A DNA stretch of 64,000 nucleotides from Utricularia gibba (taxonomy: Eukaryota; Plantae; Magnoliophyta): the NCBI GenBank assembly GCA_002189035.1, contig NEEC01000002.1, forward strand, positions 6,014,001 to 6,078,000, given 5' to 3'. The position numbers were made by a program, and so were the translations under genes. This document shows, piece by piece, positions 61,167 through 64,000 of this stretch. Position 1 is the stretch's first letter. Every line of letters begins with the position of its first letter. Below the pieces are notes generated by a model. That model was not told the DNA's origin, made no database searches, and worked only from the letters and a program-made list of their open reading frames with translations.

Positions 61167-61294
61167 ACGTGTCTCCCTGTGAATAAAAGCAGGAACCACT
61201 AGCGACCATCATAGGACACGTGGCTATCCCAAAATGCCACCTCCTCTGTAATGACGCTGCGCCTCCACTCTCGCACCCTGCGCGTGTATATATA
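61167..61294 (+). promoter_or_regulatory. LEA promoter: ABREs ACGTGTC (61167-61173) and GACACGTGGC (61215-61224), CE3-like CGCGTG (61281), TATA (61287-61294)
   Basis: Motifs read directly, 55-180 bp upstream of the ATG at 61349. Confidence 0.75.
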
Positions 61295-61348
61295 TCTAGA
61301 TGTGCGAACGGACACGCAGCGGTAGCTCCATTTGATCCGAACCCATCA

Positions 61349-61993
61349 ATGGCTTCCGAGCAGCTGAGAAGGGAGAGCCTCTCCAACGTGGAGAAGGACC
61401 GCGTCCAGAAAATCACCTCCCAACTCGAGTCCCTCAACGACACCGCCAAGGCCCACCAGCACGCGCCGCCGTCGCTAGAGGAAACCCAGGCGCTGAGAGC
61501 CACGGCGCAGCAGATTTCCATCGACGCCATCGCCGCCGCCGAGAACCGGTACAACAAGGCCAAAGAAGAACCCGCCGCGCCGGGGGGAGGAAACAGTAAT
61601 AATAATACGTTGATGGGTCAGGCGGCGGCGGCTGGGTGGGGAGCGGCACAGTACACCATTGAGAAGGTGGCCGGAGCGACGAAAACGATCGCGGATGCGA
61701 CGTCGAATGCTGCCTTGTATACCAGCGAGAAGGCGGCCGCAGCAACGAAAACGATCGCGGATGCGACATCGAATGCTGTTTTGTATACAAGCGAGAAGGC
61801 GGCTGCAGCGAAGGATAGAGCCGTCACTGGGAATGCGGGTGAAGAAGGAGAGGGCGGCGGCGGAGTGTGGGAGGCGATCGGGGAGACGCTGTCGGAAATT
61901 GGACATACGACCAAGGACATGATTGCAGGGGCTGCACAAACGCAGTATCATTATCCAAAGGAAGACGAGTCAACGCAACAAGAAATCAAATAG
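61349..61993 (+). CDS. Group 3 LEA protein, SBP65/At2g42560-like, shortened (214 aa), intronless
   Basis: MASEQLRRE...VEKDRVQKITSQLESL and SLEE...RATAQQ.S.DAI.AAE.RYNKAKE match motifs I recall from SBP65-type LEAs; Ala/Thr/Lys-rich repeats; ABRE promoter. Confidence 0.8.
   Translation: MASEQLRRESLSNVEKDRVQKITSQLESLNDTAKAHQHAPPSLEETQALRATAQQISIDAIAAAENRYNKAKEEPAAPGGGNSNNNTLMGQAAAAGWGAAQYTIEKVAGATKTIADATSNAALYTSEKAAAATKTIADATSNAVLYTSEKAAAAKDRAVTGNAGEEGEGGGGVWEAIGETLSEIGHTTKDMIAGAAQTQYHYPKEDESTQQEIK
61676..61807 (+). repeat. Two tandem 66-bp (22-aa) coding repeats
   Basis: ATKTIADATSNAALYTSEKAAA and ATKTIADATSNAVLYTSEKAAA. Confidence 0.95.
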
Positions 61994-62281
61994 ACTGCTG
62001 TTAGATAATTTGGATGTCTTGGGGATTTTCGTGTTTTTGTTTTACAAAAAAAAATGTTTAATATGATCCTCAAAATATCCATATGATTAAAATTTATTTT
62101 TAATAATTATTACGTCATTTTAAAAATTTATATTTATTATTTACTGGAAATCACCGTTTCGTCTCCTTCGCCTTCCTCTCTTCTCTACGTATCTCCTCCA
62201 GTTCTTCCCTCCTGCGTAACGAGCCTCCTACCCTAAAAAATTGTGAGAAGGCTTGGCATTTCTGTGGGCAATCGACACAGA

Positions 62282-63425
62282 ATGTCGAGGCTGTGGAGGA
62301 AGTTGGTGGGAATTTGGAGCAATAGAACGCTCATGGGAGTAGACAAAGCAGGCAATCGCTATTTCGTGCGAACCGAAGAAATTGACGGTCGTGGTGTGTT
62401 TTCCTCCTGAATTCTTATCATGGTTCCGCTGAATTTTTCGTCTTTTCCTGCTCCACTCGTCTTTCTGTTCATTAATGGTTGTGTTTGCAGCCCTCCTAAA
62501 TTTCAGTCCAAAAATATGTAATTCGATTGTGTTTGGGATTGTTTTTTTTCCTAACCAGTTAAAGAGAAGAGGTGGGTAGTGTTTAAAGGAGAGCAGGATC
62601 CCACTTTTGTTCCAGGTATATTAAGTCTCTCTAGTTTGTGCTGTGACTGAAGATTGATTCACGTTGAGGATTTTTCCATTGTGTGTTTGAAACATGTTAA
62701 ACTTCACTTGCGATCTTGATTACGGGATTTATTGCCTTATTCATTCATCATTAGTTTTTCATAGTTGAATGGATATGTTGGTTGAACGGACAGCGCAGAA
62801 GAGCTCCAACACCCGAGGTCAATTCTCTTCATTTGTTAGAGCTTCTTATGTCTCCTGTAATGAGTGTTTCTTAGTCAAATTCATATGCTTGTTTACTGTT
62901 CCATTCTTTGTAGAGGATTTTTTCAGTCAAACTACCAACTTCTGCATATTGCCATGGCCTGATATCATTTGTCTTTAGTTGATGCTAAAAGGGTTTCTTG
63001 TTCTCTCGTGTCCGTGCAATGGAGTTTCATCATTCTGTAATGATCTAAAAAGTGGGTGTTATTCAAATTTTTATAGGAAATGGCGGAGCTTGAGGCGAGA
63101 AGGGAACAAATAAAAATGAATGTTGCCCGTAAGAAACTAATCTTCATGTCTCTTATATTATGAGTTTGTTGGGGTACTCGTTAAGTTTCCTTCAATCATT
63201 TATCTTTTGTTTTAAGTTCTCAAGAAGGAGGAAGATGAAAGAAAAGTGAAAGAAAACATAACAGGAGGCAAAACCACCACCATTCGTGAGATTTCCCATT
63301 CTGTGTTCTATTGCAAAAATTTTTATTGTGTAGGTAATGATTTTCTGCTTGATTTGTTAATTCAGGTAAAGCCACTGATCCTGATTTAAAAAGCTTTCTA
63401 CAACAATTTCCTAGTGATTCAAAAG
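62282..63425 (+). CDS. NADH:ubiquinone oxidoreductase NDUFA12/NDUFAF2-like (B17.2-like) protein, 3' end unresolved
   Basis: Exons 62282-62393, 62559-62615, 62765-62817, 63077-63128, 63217-63285, 63366-63425; GVDKAGNRYF...KEKRWV.FKGEQDPT.VPVEWICWLNGQRRRAPTPEEM. The final exon is either 63600-63643 (short, unconserved) or beyond the window. Confidence 0.85.
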
Positions 63426-64000
63426 GTAATATTTGGTGAATAGAAAACCTATAATGTGCTTGTGTGATCAGGTTTCGGACGCTATTTTATACCCTCATTG
63501 GGGAATGCAGGTTCCTTAGGATAACAGCTGGTGTGAAAACAAATGATATATGTAGTTTCAAAATGGGTTAACGTGTCACCCATTTTCTTGGGTTTTTAGA
63601 TAAAAACTGTTGCCTTTTCGGAATGACTACAACACCATCATAATTCATGGATGATAAAATTAGCACCTTTCTTGTTGGATCGTATCGCATTGTTTTTCTC
63701 CTCTTACTCTATTTTGTGTTTGTGATAGGGACTCTGACTCAGGATTCACCTGGTTTGAAAAAACCTGAAAGGTCAGCATTTGGCAGGCTTTCCCATTATT
63801 CGCTTAAGATTATGGTGCTACTATTTGCCACTGTTGGTGTTCTCTATACACCCTGATGGGACATGAAGACCCTTTCTTTTATATTTTCAATGGGCAGAAA
63901 ATGATTGACAGCTCAATGCATGCTCTATCACTGAATATTTTGATAGTTGCACAAATTAAAACTCTCCATATGAATACTTCCCACTTGGTTTCTAAGAAAC

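Noticed and set aside
61676-61807. CRISPR-like repeat array
   Set aside because: Eukaryotic coding tandem repeat with no spacers.
16053-61951. Numerous antisense or alternate-frame ORFs over real genes (for example 16053-16472, 20158-20505, 39934-40473, 44150-44590, 54221-54673, 61475-61951)
   Set aside because: Shadow ORFs explained by GC-rich or repetitive coding sequence on the opposite strand.
21711-61993. A seed/desiccation gene cluster (SMP1, desaturases, LEA)
   Set aside because: The genes are separated by many unrelated housekeeping genes and do not form a pathway; proximity alone is not evidence.

Overview
Gene-dense flowering-plant nuclear DNA, probably a eudicot with a compact genome (inferred from short GT-AG introns and AT-rich spacers). 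I can support 18 protein-coding loci: a tandem pair of 23-exon LRR-malectin receptor kinases (At1g56130/56140/56145-like), an X8/CBM43 callose-binding-like gene, eEF2, a seed maturation protein (SMP1-like), a conserved uncharacterised ADELF-motif protein, PsbR, VARICOSE/EDC4, F-box SKIP5-like, a truncated GeBP/DUF573 gene, a PUB44-like ARM protein with a 23-Glu tract, KEOPS subunit PCC1, a DUF1442 protein, an ATX3-5-like H3K4 methyltransferase, two tandem acyl-ACP desaturases (the second disrupted), a shortened SBP65-like LEA gene and a partial NDUFA12/NDUFAF2-like gene. There are also MITE, Helitron-like and hAT-like remnants and microsatellites. I found no rRNA, tRNA or CRISPR features. Top biological lead: both desaturase copies carry a bulky aromatic residue at the base of the acyl channel (castor position 181 = Phe in copy 1, Trp in copy 2) and differ from each other at several other channel-lining positions, which predicts 16:0-type or otherwise unusual desaturation. 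Main caveat: about seven apparent single-base losses, mostly in short G/C/A runs, sit at 7.9-23.3 kb (three in eEF2). They are most simply consensus errors and must be checked against reads before any frameshift biology is believed. All exon boundaries were read by eye and all homology calls come from recalled family motifs, not database searches.
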